A stretch of DNA of 63,901 bases, the filler included, from Octopus bimaculoides (Eukaryota), in assembly GCF_001194135.2 (NCBI RefSeq). It is 5 parts of 5 records of this genome, joined end to end, with 100 filler letters (N's around TTAATTAATTAA, not from the genome) between each part and the next. Parts side by side here need not be neighbours in the genome. Positions count along the whole stretch, not along the records: positions 46,950 to 53,216 come from NC_068995.1; positions 53,317 to 58,646 come from NC_068997.1; positions 58,747 to 63,901 come from NW_026362304.1; 2 more parts are not named here. One strand, 5' to 3'. The notes beneath the pieces were generated by a model. That model worked only from the letters and a program-made list of their open reading frames with translations. It did not search any database and was not told the DNA's origin. The position numbers and the translations under genes are program-made. This document shows, piece by piece, positions 49,722 to 63,901 of this stretch. Positions within the stretch are counted from its first letter, which is position 1. Each line of letters starts with the position of its first letter.

Positions 49722-51254
49722 AATCTATCTATCTAATATGACTGTCTACATGCATAAATATACATCTTAAATCTTCTCAAATATAAGGATATATTTACAA
49801 TGTTTTGTATACTTTGTTGAACAGTAGTCCTTTGATATCATTTTGTGCTGGGCAATTACAATTACAAAACACAGAATATATACATACATTCATACACATG
49901 CATACATGTATATATACATATGTATGTTTTTCTCTCCATAAATGACGTCTAGTTCGCGCGTTCTTAAACATTTATATTTAAGGTTGTATTCCGAGAGACA
50001 TAGTATTATCTTCGATGCCTAATAATATGTTTTCTGGTTTTTTTTTCTCCTATGCTTCAGCGTTAAAAAATGCTATCTCGGGAGATTAGGAGACCAGTAA
50101 ACAACAGTGGGTAAACCAGTACAAGGCACCAAGAAATGACTGTTTCATCTCTTTAAGGAAAATTCATGTATTTCCAGACTTTGACATGTATGTCCATGAT
50201 AGTAGACACCTTTACGCATATGACATGAAAACGGGAATCAAATTGCTCGATGGGGGAATGTCTTTGTGGTTGGCCATTTTACTAGAAATAGCAGCCAAAA
50301 GTCCCTTCAAATTCTACACAACCATCATAAGTAAGATAAAGTTATAGGGACATAAACAAACTGACACCGGCTGCCAAGCCGTGAGGTATCGGGGAAACAA
50401 ACAAATACACATACACATGCACATATGTATACGATAAGCTTCCACAGTTTCCGTGGACAGCGTTCGCTCAGAAGGCATTGGTCGACCGGGCGTTATAGCA
50501 GAAGGTACACTCTCCCGATGTGTCGCGAAGTGGGATTGAACTCAAAAGCACGTAGCTGCAAAGCCAACTTATTAACCATACAACATAGCTATGCGTTTGT
50601 GCAATTTAAAAATACTTCTTTAACTAAATTTATAACTTAGAATGCAAATTTTCAACCAGTCCACCGTCGTTAAGTATTCAAACCATGATATGGTTCCGAA
50701 GCTCTAGAAATACGTTTTAAATCCTAATTTCGGTTTCTCCAATGATTCACATTAACAGCTCAAGCCTGCATGTTTTCTATAGAATCAGGTTTAGTTGAAT
50801 AAGCATTCTTTACGTCTCTCCGTAGAATAAAGTGGAAGCAGTTATTAAATATTCAAAAATAATGAAAAATAAGAAATCTGTTTCATTGTCAGCGATAAAA
50901 TAGACGCATCAGGCTGTTAAATGTTGTTCCCAGATTAATTCTGTCATTTATAGAATTAAAGGTATAAACATTTAGAATTTTAAATTTATAATTCCACAAG
51001 GGTTTTATAATGACCCTGCATGTTGAAGGTCTACTCTGCTGTAAGCAATAAATCGATAATTCTCAACGCTGAATTATTGACAGAGTGAACCGTGATTGAA
51101 AAATCCTTATCTGAACCCGTACTAATAACATTATAGATGACGTGGAAATCGATTAATATCACCACTTCCTAGTGGAAATTTCAAGATATCTTTGTAGAAG
51201 AGCAATTCATTCGGCTATAATGCTGATTTCAAATTTTTACCCAAGAGCAGCAAT

Positions 51255-51670
51255 CTAGGGGGACAGTATAAGTCGACTAGATCGAGCCCCGTGCTCAACT
51301 GGTACTTATTTTATCACCCCCGAAAAGATAAAAGACGAAGCCGATCTCGGTAGAATTTGAACTTTGAACGTATAGGCGGACGAAATGCTGCTAAGCATTT
51401 TTGGCCGTCGCGGTAACGAGTTGGCCAGCTCACTGCCTTTGTCCTGGGCAAGATATAAACATCAAATGGTGAGGTAGTAGCGCGGGATATCAGCTGGCAA
51501 AATGAGCAGCATCTGTATTTCAAAGGATCAGTTCTCTCACATTCTGTGCCGCGCTGAATCTTCATGAGCGCGTGTGTCCGCAGAGAGCTCAGCTGCTTGC
51601 CCGTTGATTTCACGAGCAAGCCGTTCCCTTGGTCGAATCAGCTGGAACAATGTCCAACGTACCCGACGAA
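51255..51670. mobile_element. Diverged S1 (-) and S3-related fragments
   Basis: Recognisable cores with many substitutions. Confidence 0.65.
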
Positions 51671-52526
51671 GTATAAGTTTGGTACAGAATTCGTAGGCCA
51701 CTGTAACAGACACTGATGTTATGTGAACCAGTCTCCTTATCTAAGGGTTAGGTAAAAAAAAAAAAGGCCATGTGACTTAAGTGACAGCTCGGAATAACAC
51801 AAGACCTTTAAATTATTATTTCCGTTAATCGTAGGTCTTAGTCCAAAGCTGGAATTGGTGGTCATATTTATCATAAGTTAGATGTACTAGGAATGATTTT
51901 GATCGACAACAACATTCATATATTAGTGGTAGCCATTTTATCTTCTGACTCGGTTAATCTCCTGAGAAAACATCGAATATTCATCAACATGACAACCATT
52001 CTTCCATCCATCCATCCATCCATCTATCTATCCACCCAAACCAACATCCATCTATCCGTGTGTGTGTGTGTGTTAATTTATATTTATATTTATATATAAC
52101 TGGATTTGTTTGCACTGGTCATATGTATGTTAGACAAAAAGACCAGTCACAAAGTAGACCGCCCTATTTTAAAACGAGACCAGACATTTGTACATGCAGT
52201 AAACATCGGTTGCCAATGTTCATATACTAGTTTTGGCAAAAAGACACAAATTAACATCACTGCCAATTTCTATGGTATTTTTTTTATTGTAGAACTAAAC
52301 ACGCATACATATATACACAAATACACCTACGTATGTCTTTATATACGTATTACACAAACACACACACACACAAACACACACACACAGACAAACACACACA
52401 CACAAACATACACACACATATACAGACTCATATACGGATATGTTCACATGTACCCACACGCATATATCTATTTCTGTAACTGTATCACTACAGCTATATG
52501 GGATTATATATAAACGTGTGTGTGTG

Positions 52527-52590
<64 letters not shown>

Positions 52591-53316
52591 ATGTACCTCT
52601 CTAAGTACATGGTATTTACTCTACTCGAAGCATATATTTATTGAGAGCGTTATTATTTGAACCGAATTGCTTCTACGATTGATATATACACGCGCACTCA
52701 GGCCCCGCGCGTATGCAGAAACGTACGCCGAACTGAGATACATGTATACACAAACATATACACACACGCATACACATCTATAGTTAAGACAAAACTATCA
52801 TAGATAAAGTGGCGTGTCATTCAAAATATATTTGTAATTAACTTTGCCATCGTGAGGTGAAGGAAATTCGTTAGTGTAAGCTAAAATTACTTTCAAAAGA
52901 AGTAAGGGAGGGAACTCGTAAAACTACTTTTCGCTAAAAAAGACATTCATGGAGATAGGCTGCAGCTATGGCTGCGTGGTTAAGAAACTCGCTTTGAAGT
53001 TATGCTGCTTCGGGTTCAGTCTCACTACGTGGCACAGTGAGAGAAATTAACTTCTACTATATCCCGATTCGACCAATACTTTGTGAATGAAATTGGCAGA
53101 TGGAAATTGTGCGGAAGCCTGTATTATGTATATATGTGTGTGCGTATGTTTGTGACAGTGCGTATGCGTTCGTGTTTGTAATTGTCAGCTTAAAGCTGGG
53201 CAGAATGCTTAGCGACNNNNNNNNNNNNNNNNNNNNNNNNNNNNNNNNNNNNNNNNNNNNTTAATTAATTAANNNNNNNNNNNNNNNNNNNNNNNNNNNN
53301 NNNNNNNNNNNNNNNN

Positions 53317-53360
<44 letters not shown>

Positions 53361-53401
53361 GCACATACATGCTCGCGCACACACACACATACATATACAT
53401 G

Positions 53402-53449
<48 letters not shown>

Positions 53450-54374
53450 AATGAATCAATCAATGAACGACTTAAACAGTTCATTACAGGTAATTAATGA
53501 ATAACTTCAACATTTATACTCATCTCAGATCACAACAAGCATCAGAGAAGAAAGGTAACCAATCTTAATAATATCCGTGATGTGTTTGGATTGTAATTAC
53601 CAAGTCACATGCGTTGCATTCTGGGTTAAAAAAAATCATAATTCGTTACATATAACTATAAAAATAGAAACTCACCCAATAACAGAGTCCTAAATGAATT
53701 GACCCGTTAGAAATAACAACCAAATCGTCTCAGATCACACTTTATTTTCTTTTTAAAAAAGTGAAGGATGTTTTAAATAATGTAGTTCTAGATAACTCCC
53801 ACCTCACACCACTCATTGAGCGATATAAAGTCGTGATAGACATGGTTGGAACGTTGTGATCCGCAGATCTGCTTTATCAGAGCTGAAATGGGACCAACAA
53901 AAACGGGCTTTACTAATAGCAGGAGGCATGAAAACGAGGGCAATGAAGAGTACAACAACTGCAAGGCTTCGTTTGTTTGAGTCGTTAAGTCAAGTGTCCA
54001 AGCTGAGGTGAAAATTTATCAGATGCTGGCTGACATATTAGTGACACTAACAGCTAGCAATAATGGTCAAACTGTGTTCACTTGACTGAGTGGATGTGAT
54101 CGAGTGTTTATCTGGAAGAAAGAAGATGGAGCGAGTAAAGCTCAACTTTCTAGCAAACTAAGCTGAAGAGATTGTTAGGGACGACTATAAGTGAAGAAAT
54201 TTACTCCCCAGTTTCATTTGTGGGACTGTAATTAGGGAAAAGCATATATATATAGAACTGAATACGGGGTACGGCAAAAAAAAAATGTACCTGATTCACC
54301 GTATTTGATAAACGTTTCAGCAGTAAACGCATGGTGTGAGTCAGTCCAAACCATGAGGGTGAATGATGATAATG

Positions 54375-54423
<49 letters not shown>

Positions 54424-54687
54424 CAATAATTGTCGGAGCCCTGGGAACAGTGAGCAAAAATCTCGAGAAGTAAATAGAACAAATAGGGGCTGCAATAAGC
54501 ACTGCTTGGAACAGCTCGAATACTCCGAAGGTGGTCGAAAAATAAGTGGTGTTACCTTAGTTCACTGTTAGTGAACAGCTGATACCGTAGTACATCTCCA
54601 GCGTTAGAAGCTGCGGAAAGGCAATAATAATNNNNNNNNNNNNNNNNNNNNNNNNNNNNNNNNNNNNNNNNNNNNNNNNNNNNNNNN

Positions 54688-54751
<64 letters not shown>

Positions 54752-54759
54752 TGATGGTT

Positions 54760-54905
54760 TCAAATTTTGGTACAGGGCCAGCAGTTTTGAAGCTGGGGCC
54801 AAATCGATTAAATTTACCCCTGTAATCAACAGGTACATATTTTTTTATCGACTTCCAAAGGATGAAACACAAATCCGAACTCCGCAGAATTTAAACTCAG
54901 AACGT
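54760..54905 (-). mobile_element. Diverged S1 SINE between (AAT)n runs
   Basis: ttttatcgac.tccaaaggatgaaa...aactcagaacgta. Confidence 0.7.
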
Positions 54906-55389
54906 AAAATAATAATAATAATAATAATAAACTTAGTTACGAAGGCACCTTTGCCATCTATCTAAATTCAGTAGTGGCAGGGTGTGGCAGAAATTAAATC
55001 CTGTTGGAGGTTTTTCTGGCACACATTTATAATCGAATATTCAGTCTATCTTATCGTTCCTATGTATCTTCACACCATCCCTTTTATTTTTCGATTGAAT
55101 ATTTATTTATTTCATGTATTGTGTTGTCACACTAAATATTCGTATGACCACATTTGACCGCTTTTCTCATATCGAGGACACAAGTTCAGCGTCCTCTAGT
55201 ATTATTATTATTATTACTAATATTAGATATCAAAGTATCGATTTCATCTTTGGTTCCAATTCGCAGCCTGTTGTAACATTAACAAGTTATTGCTTATTCT
55301 TGGAAAGTGCACATCGATTTATCAACAATAATTTTCTTTAAAATCAATTCGATAATTAACCGAAAGTAAAACATTACAAAAACACAGTG

Positions 55390-55482
<93 letters not shown>

Positions 55483-56453
55483 TGAGCAACACAAGTGACA
55501 GTTTCGGTTCGGTCAATGAATTTTTGTCGACTGATACAGTAAACAAAATTATAGATTTTCGAAATTTCGATTTTATTTATTTTATTTATTTGTTTATTCA
55601 TTTATCTATTTTCGTGTATTTTTTTGTCTTTGTGTAATATTTTGTGTTTTTGTTTTCTTAAATAACGAATATATGAATTTCAGTATAAAATATCTTATGT
55701 AAAGACATATTGATTTCTTAGATTGGTGTAGGGACAAAAGTTCATAGAGAAGAGGTATTGTCAATTAATAAGACTTCCACTAAGACGACGGTAATACTTT
55801 CATAGTTTAAATTTATCCACAGTTTATAGCTTAAATGTATCCACAAATGTAGCTAATCCCTTCCTTATACTAATCAATGAGCACTTCCCCACTTCACATA
55901 TATATCAAAACAGCTCCAACGAAAATTATGCTAAGGTAAGCTATAGTTGTTCGGTTTATATAATATTACACACATCTACCTCGAAAATTTTGAGTCTATT
56001 AGGTGGTCTCTTAAAATAACGACCAAAGTCAAAATCCTTGACCTTCTCAGGATATGTATGTATATAATGTAATAAGCACAATATAGGTTTTTATGTGCCA
56101 CTATTAGATTCAAGTGATGAGAGCATGCCAGACAGTATTTTTCAACACGTCTGGTGTCTAAACACAATCTTCAGTGAATGGCCACGAGGCAGTGCCATCA
56201 TACAACAGTACACTATATATAGCGGCCAGATTGGAACAATATTGAGTATAACCAGCCGAAATTGCGAAGATAATCTGGATCTCGACTGAGGAAAGAAAAC
56301 TCCGAATGACCTGTCCTTGTTTTCTTTGTATCGTCTATCTGGATGTTTTGTTGTCCCTTTCTTGTATCACCTAACTCTCTGGATGTTTTGCGTTCTTGTC
56401 CCATTTTGTATTATTTATATATATATATATATAGTGGTGTACGTACACTTTGT

Positions 56454-56503
<50 letters not shown>

Positions 56504-57365
56504 CATCAGTATGTATGTATGTATATTTCAGTATGCTGGGCTATTAAAAGTGTAGGACTCATCTTGGAAGCTGAGATATTTGCATCTACGTTGCTGATAA
56601 TATGCACAGTGCCTCGTATTCTAGAGAAAACGATAACACTCTATGTGAGCCTTTCATTTTATACTTGATCGTTTAATGCATTTTATGAAACTCAACTTGA
56701 AGCATGTACTGAATAGCATAATGTTGAGAAAATCAACTTTCCCCGAACCAAAAGAAGGTTGGCATAATCTTTTGAAAGCAAACTATTCCAAACCTGTATT
56801 CATTGGTTCCGTGTAATATCCTTATGTATAAGCTCAAGCAATACCCATTTAACATACCTACAGACATACGGATATAACTACATACACGCATACAGATATT
56901 ACATTATGTTATATAATACAGCACTAATGTTTTTTATGTATACAGGTAAGCACACACACATATACATATGTAGTCAAACGTTCGTTGAAGGATTACTCAA
57001 TAGATTTATGCAGAGTAATAACATATGTATTTTTACAAGGAAATCGTTCAGTAACACACACATACACTGATAGGCATTCCACTCACATCTTATTGCCTCT
57101 TTTCGCATCCTTTCACCATGTCTGTATCGTTCATTTATCAGTTTTCGGTTTGGTTTTGTTTTTTTCATCAGAATACTATTTCTCAGATGAGGATAGTATT
57201 AGTTCTTTAAGGTCGTCCAATGTTTCTCAGCCGATCAATGTTAAGATTGAGTAAACCGATCAAAGAACGAACCTATAATGATTATCGGAAACAGCTGTAA
57301 GTGTGACTTACTACAATAAAAGAATATGTAATGACAACTATTTATACTTTGTCTTGTATATTTAT

Positions 57366-57444
<79 letters not shown>

Positions 57445-58526
57445 GATAGATAGATCTTTAGTATATATGCTATATATGAATACTTGTATAATATTATACT
57501 ATATTATACTATATTATATTATATACGTATAACAATTAAATTTCTACTATAATGTATATTTCTTTATTTGGATATTGTTCTCTTCCTTCCTTTCCATAAA
57601 TGTTTTGTATGTGTATTTGTCAGCCTCAGTGTCATTTATATATATATATACACGCATACATACATACATACATACATACATACATANNNNNNNNNNNNNN
57701 NNNNNNNNNNNNNNNNNNNNNNNNNNNNNNNNNNNNNNNNNNNNNNNNNNNNNNNNNNNNNNNNNNNNNNNNNNNNNNNNNNNNNNATATATATATATAT
57801 ATATATCTGTAAATAATATGTGACAATTATTCGGTATATATATATATCGTCACTACGACGATGTTTCAACCTCTTATAAGGACGGTTCCATCCAAGTTGC
57901 ACTGGTTTAATACATATTATATTGTTAAGAAGTGTTCCTTCAATAAATATATTATAAATATCAAATATTATTAAGTAAGTAAATGGAGAGATTTAATCGA
58001 TACAAATTAATTAATTTATTAATTAACATTGCCTACAATTGTTTCCGTGTATATTGAAACAATTGCAGGCAATGTTAATTAATAAATGAATTAGTTTATA
58101 TCCAATAAATCTCTCTATTTTCTTACGTAATAATAATATATATATGTATGTGTGTGTGTATGTATATGTGTGTATATATATGCATGTATATTTATGATTA
58201 TATATATGTATGATACTCACACACTACCTATATATATATTTATACGTGCTTGTACATTTGTATACTTACATACACACGAACGCAAACACTAACAACTTTT
58301 GATGTGTGTGTGTGTTTGTACACGTGTGTATACGTTCGTACCTCTGTGTGTGTGTGTGTGTGTGTGTGCGTGTGTGTGTGTGTGGGTGAATACTTTAGCC
58401 TTTACCCATCACGCACTGGCAGACATTTACGCATGCTGAAAGCTGATTGGTTCGTTTATTTTGCTCATGTATGTGAATACCAAATGGTTGGTGCACACGG
58501 AGTTAAACCGACTTGAGTGCGAAAAC

Positions 58527-58578
<52 letters not shown>

Positions 58579-58746
58579 CACTGCTAATTCTTCTTCTTCT
58601 TCTTGCTGTGTTATATATGCTCAAACAGAGACTCATATCTCAACATNNNNNNNNNNNNNNNNNNNNNNNNNNNNNNNNNNNNNNNNNNNNTTAATTAATT
58701 AANNNNNNNNNNNNNNNNNNNNNNNNNNNNNNNNNNNNNNNNNNNN

Positions 58747-58789
<43 letters not shown>

Positions 58790-59015
58790 AATGTCACACA
58801 ATAAGAATGAGTGCTCAACACCGCATTGGTGGATAAAGATTCTTTATTTGTGTATTAAGGCTACCATTGGTTTCATGTTGAGAAAATATCTTAGCAATTT
58901 TTCAAGCTGATCACATGGAAAAAATTCGTATTCATCTCCATTTTGGATTAATACATGATAAAGCACCTATATACACATATACATGTATATATATATATAT
59001 GTATGTATATATATA

Positions 59016-59060
<45 letters not shown>

Positions 59061-59129
59061 GTGGGTGTGTCTTACTGTCACCATCATACAAAACCTGTCT
59101 TTCATTTCCAAGTACTTAGTGACAAGCGT

Positions 59130-59285
59130 GTCTGGTTGTGGGGATATATTACCTTGCTTTTGAAACAGGTGAGGATTGGTGACAGGAAGGGCATCCCACC
59201 ATAGAAAACCCTACCTCAACAAATTCCTTTTGATCCATGCGAGCATGGAAAAGTGGACATTAAACCAACCATGGTGATGATGAAA
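59130..59285 (+). mobile_element. RTE-type 3' UTR fragment
   Basis: ggattggtgacaggaagggcatcc...agcatggaaaagtggacattaaa. Confidence 0.65.
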
Positions 59286-60170
59286 CGGACGAAGAGCAAA
59301 GTCGACCTAAGCAACATTTGATCTCAGACTGTTTGTCTTCCACTTGATTCATGATTATCTCCCCATTTTACCAGCAAATTAATTTGGTTTCTGGTTGAAA
59401 CCTGTCAGTCGGGTTATTGACAGTATTGAATTCACTTAGATAGGCAAACTATTTACCCATGGTTAACCTTGTGTCTTTTACTACGCTACCTTATTACATG
59501 CGCACGGCAGGCTGTAACCCAGGTGGCCTCATTGCTCTCAGGACCCAATTCAGACCTACGTATTTTGTGGCTTTCAGTTAATAAATACTTTAGGGCCCAG
59601 TACATTGATTTGATCGAGGGCCTATAATAATGCCAAGACGGCTCTGGTCTTTTATGGTAATCCTAATGAAGACTTAGTTATGCAGTTCCTTATCTTGAGA
59701 ATTTGCACAACAAGGCAGTGTTTCTGATGGCTAAATGCTTACTCATTTAACAAGTAAACCAACGTTGCCTACAAATTCATTTGATTTTGCTCTTTTCTGT
59801 TTCAGTTTAAAATTTTCTCTTTCGCATTTCCTTAATCTCCTCTTCCTCTCTGTCTCTCCCCTCTCTCTGTCTCTCCTCTCTCTCTCTCTCTCTCCTCTTT
59901 CTAACAACCAATCACCACAAGAGTTCTCCCTGTGTTCTTCCTACAGAATTAGTGACCTTGCTTTCTATAATATACTATGTTAGCATTCTTCAATAAACTA
60001 GAATTATGGTTTCTAGCCAAAAATTTTCTATTTCTTTTTTGTTTTTTGTTTTCTTTTCTTCTCTTAGCCTTTCCATTTTGTGTCTCACATACATACATAC
60101 ATACATACACACACACATACATATATATATAAACACACACACATATATACATGTATATATATTTATATTA

Positions 60171-60203
<33 letters not shown>

Positions 60204-60311
60204 TANNNNNNNNNNTGTGTGTGTGTGTATATATATATATATGTATATACATATATCCATATATATACATATACATGTATATATGTACACATATACTTGC
60301 ATATGTATGTT

Positions 60312-60349
<38 letters not shown>

Positions 60350-60587
60350 TACATACATATACATACACGCATAAACAACTATATATATGTATATATGTAC
60401 ACATATACTTGCAAAGATATATATATATTTATATATATATATATATATAAATATAATCTTTATGCACCCGTCTCTTCTTTGTTGAATGAAGGCCTCCTTT
60501 CCATCAATGCTATCTAGATTCCTCTCATAGACATAAACTGAATCATTTTCCTATATTGTAGATTGTGAATGTTTGTTTAGTTTATAC

Positions 60588-60625
<38 letters not shown>

Positions 60626-61957
60626 TCTATAACTTTCTTTATTAGATACTTTCATGATAATTCTCTTCTTGTTTCTTTGCTTCTTGCTCTCTCTCTCTCT
60701 CTCTCTCTCTGCCTTGCTTCTTTGCCCCCCCCCTTCTCTCCACTTTTATCTCTGCATTGCTCTCATTTAGGTTTCTGTCTCCTCGACTATTTCGTAACTG
60801 CCTCAAATCTACCTCCCTACTAAAGCCAAAACAACAGTTCATGTGTTCTGACCACATTCATTTTCTTAGAAGAGTACTGAGTTATTTTTAGTCTTCCTTC
60901 CTCGCCCCCTCTCTGTATTTCAGTGTGTGTAAGTGTGTGTATGTCTCTATAGTGAAAGATGATGTATAGAACATCAAAAAATATCTATTCACATTAAATT
61001 AAGAACTCAATTAATTATAGGTTGTTAAGTACCAACGCATTATAACATTGCAGTTATACACATACACACGAACACACACCTATATATACTTATACTTATA
61101 CATGCATATATATAAAGGGTAAAGACCCCTTTGGTCGTGACTGATCATGGGATTGCACCTAGAAAATTTTATATTCATATTGTTATTTGGTGTGTTGGTT
61201 TTTGTTTGCTAAGCAACACCCAGTGTAATGAGTAAACTAATTAGGGTTTGTGTGTGTCTGTGTGGTTAGTTGACTTAATGACTAAATTTCAGTAAAATGA
61301 TATTGCTACTATCTTGCAAATAAAAGGGATCATCTTTATCCTCATCACCATCATCATCATCAGTCACCATCATCATCAGTCACCATCATCATCATCATCA
61401 CTCACCATCATCATCAATCTTCATCAGTCATCATCGTCATCATCAAGCATCATTATCATCATCATTGGCAGTGGCATTGTAGGTGGCCTCATCATCATGA
61501 TCATCACGCCTTTTGTACTTTGCTTTCCTTGTTGGTTTGAGTTGCGTGACATTGTCATAGACCAAGTCAGTTTTTATTTGAGGGTTAATGCTCTTCGAGA
61601 TGGGGACTGCATCTCAAAGGAACCTTATTAAATTTGGCTCTCTTTCTACAACATCAGCCACTTCACAGACTACATTGATTTCAGGTTTTGTGATTGCTTT
61701 CCTTGCTGGTATGGGTGGATGAGTCATCATTGATTGAGTCAGTTTTCATTTGGAAATGTTGTTCTCCAAGATGAGTACCATGTCTCAGTGGAAAATTTAT
61801 TAAGTATATTATTGTTTTGACAACTAGATGTCCTTCCTATCATTGACTAATTCAGATTACTGGTTCATTTAACTATAGCACCAGCCCTCAAGAAGTTATC
61901 GTGTTCTCAGCCAGACAAAACTAAGGGTTCTGTCAGGCCTACATAGTTTCAACATGT

Positions 61958-62180
61958 TTAACCCTTTAACATTCAGATTATTCTACCAAGTGCAATGCTT
62001 GTTTATTCACATTGTTTTGATTAGTCATGCATTGTTTCGCAGCTTTGAGATCTCAATGATTGTTTGTATTCAGAATGACATCATAATGAATGCCTGAGAG
62101 GCTGAATCTGGCCAGTTTGAACCTAAAATAAGGTAGAATATTTGGGCTGGATGTGGCCAGTTTAAACGCTAAAAGGTCAA
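61958..62180. mobile_element. piggyBac-like MITE (TTAA-CCC ends, degenerate)
   Basis: ttaaccctttaacattcag ... aaacgctaaaaggtcaa; partial copies at ~11686-11795 and ~18469-18580. Confidence 0.55.
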
Positions 62181-63767
62181 AAATGCTTTAAGTAGCAAAC
62201 CTTTAGACAGTATCTGCAGTAGGGACATGATGGCTACAGCTTGAAGGTCGAACGACTTTATCAGGTCCCATCTCTGCAAAAATTTATTCTTCAAACAGAA
62301 CTTACCAAGGTTGTTCAACAATAAACAACAGCAATACCATCACTGCCACCATTGACAACAATAACAATGACAACAACATTGTACTAAATATATTTTGTGT
62401 AGCAGACTTTAGTTTTTTTTGTTTTTTTTCTGCATATTATATAACGTAACAATCGCTATATAGAATAATTTATATTTAAGTACTTTAACTTTTTTTTTTC
62501 TTTTTTCATATTGGTCTGTAACATTTTGCAAGTCATATTTACTCTCCTCTGTTGCAAATATTCTCTCTTTTCTTTTCTCGTGACTGTATTGTATATCATT
62601 ACACAGGAAAAAAAAAAAATGAATAAATAAAAAAAGTAAAACAATAAACATGAAAAATTTCAAGTAATAATTTGTAAAATTATACAAATAAATATAGAAT
62701 GACAATTTATAAAATTCCTTTTGCTTTAAAAGTATGATTTTGAAGCATTACGCAAAAGTGCTATCTTTAAAAAATTTAGGTTAATAGAATAGTTGTGTTA
62801 AATGAAATTAGGAAGGTCATGGTTATTGGGTCCAGTCTATATGGCCAAGCCTTGTGAGTGGCTTTGGGAGATGGAAACTGAAAGAATCCCATCATGTGTG
62901 TGTGTGTGTGTGTATGTGTGTGTGTGTGTGCATATGTATTTTATATATAAAAGGGTTCTATAGCCTCAGTCCAAGCAAAGTGAGTGGATTTGGTTAGAAG
63001 GAAACTGAAAAAAGCATATGTATATATTGTGTGTGTGGTACTTTGTTAGCTTTAGGTGCTGTGTTCAGTTCCACTTATGGTGAATATTGACAGTGATAGA
63101 CTGGTTTCCCATTGAGGGTAAATTCATCTTATTCATCTGCTTGACATCACAGAAACAGAGAATAAAATCCTAATCTGGTAGGCCATAGATGTCTCTGAAG
63201 GAATCATGATGTCAAACAATGGGATACAATCATTAGACGCAATTGTCCTGTGTTGGGTCATTTATTTTCTTTCTCTCATTCTTTCTGCTTGTCACTTTCT
63301 CTTCTGTAAGAATTCAATTGTATTCAAACCTGGAAAGAGATGGGCTCCAACAGGGGTAAAGAATACCAAGGTACATCATTTGACATGGCAGTATCCCTAC
63401 AACTCCATCAAGGGATTAAAAGCCCATAGCATCATTGGACACAGTCCTGCATCCATGAAAGAGGTTTTCTTCATATGTTCTGATCCAAATATTTTAACTT
63501 TAAAAGGGTCTTCGGTGAAGCTGTACTTTTCCACAAGTAGAGGTAGCACTCTGAAACTGATATATCTTTGTAATTGGAGTGGTACTACGCTGGAATCCTA
63601 ATGTGGGTATAGCTTAAGGAGACACCTTTTCTGAAGCTAAACGATTTATTTATTTGATCATCACAGATGGATGGATATTTTTGATAAGAGGAAGTCATAT
63701 TATTGACATTTATTACAATTTCATATGTATATGTATGCATATATACACATGTGTATATATACATGCA

Positions 63768-63803
<36 letters not shown>

Positions 63804-63864
63804 GCACACAAACATAAATATGTGTATATACACACAAATATATATTTATGTGTACATATGTGTA

Positions 63865-63901
<37 letters not shown>

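Noticed and set aside
56095-56289. 64-aa ORF MPLLDSSDESMPDS...
   Set aside because: No recognisable motif, no second copy, and short enough to be random.

Overview
Eukaryotic, AT-rich, repeat-dense draft-assembly DNA. The SINE/LINE families and microsatellite load look like Octopus (inferred from repeat sequence only). Four 100-bp spacers (44N-TTAATTAATTAA-44N) at about 20.7, 46.9, 53.2 and 58.7 kb are artificial joins, so the window is five independently assembled pieces. Nearly all of the ORF track is microsatellite, gap or transposon noise. The main discovery is in 1-20.7 kb: a tandem array of at least three copies (A ~1.1-11.9 kb, B ~12.0-18.7 kb, C from 18.7 kb, truncated) of an unrecognised minus-strand coding cassette built from tiny exons (10, 13, 16, 34, 56/65 nt). 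These exons have canonical splice sites conserved between copies, compatible phases and frame-preserving indels, and some are far more divergent between copies than their flanking introns. I do not recognise the protein and cannot reconstruct a full transcript. The rest is tRNA-derived SINEs, RTE, R4/Dong-like and CR1-like LINE fragments, mariner- and piggyBac-like MITEs, and simple repeats. No CRISPR, rRNA or bona fide tRNA gene was seen. Repeat boundaries are approximate.
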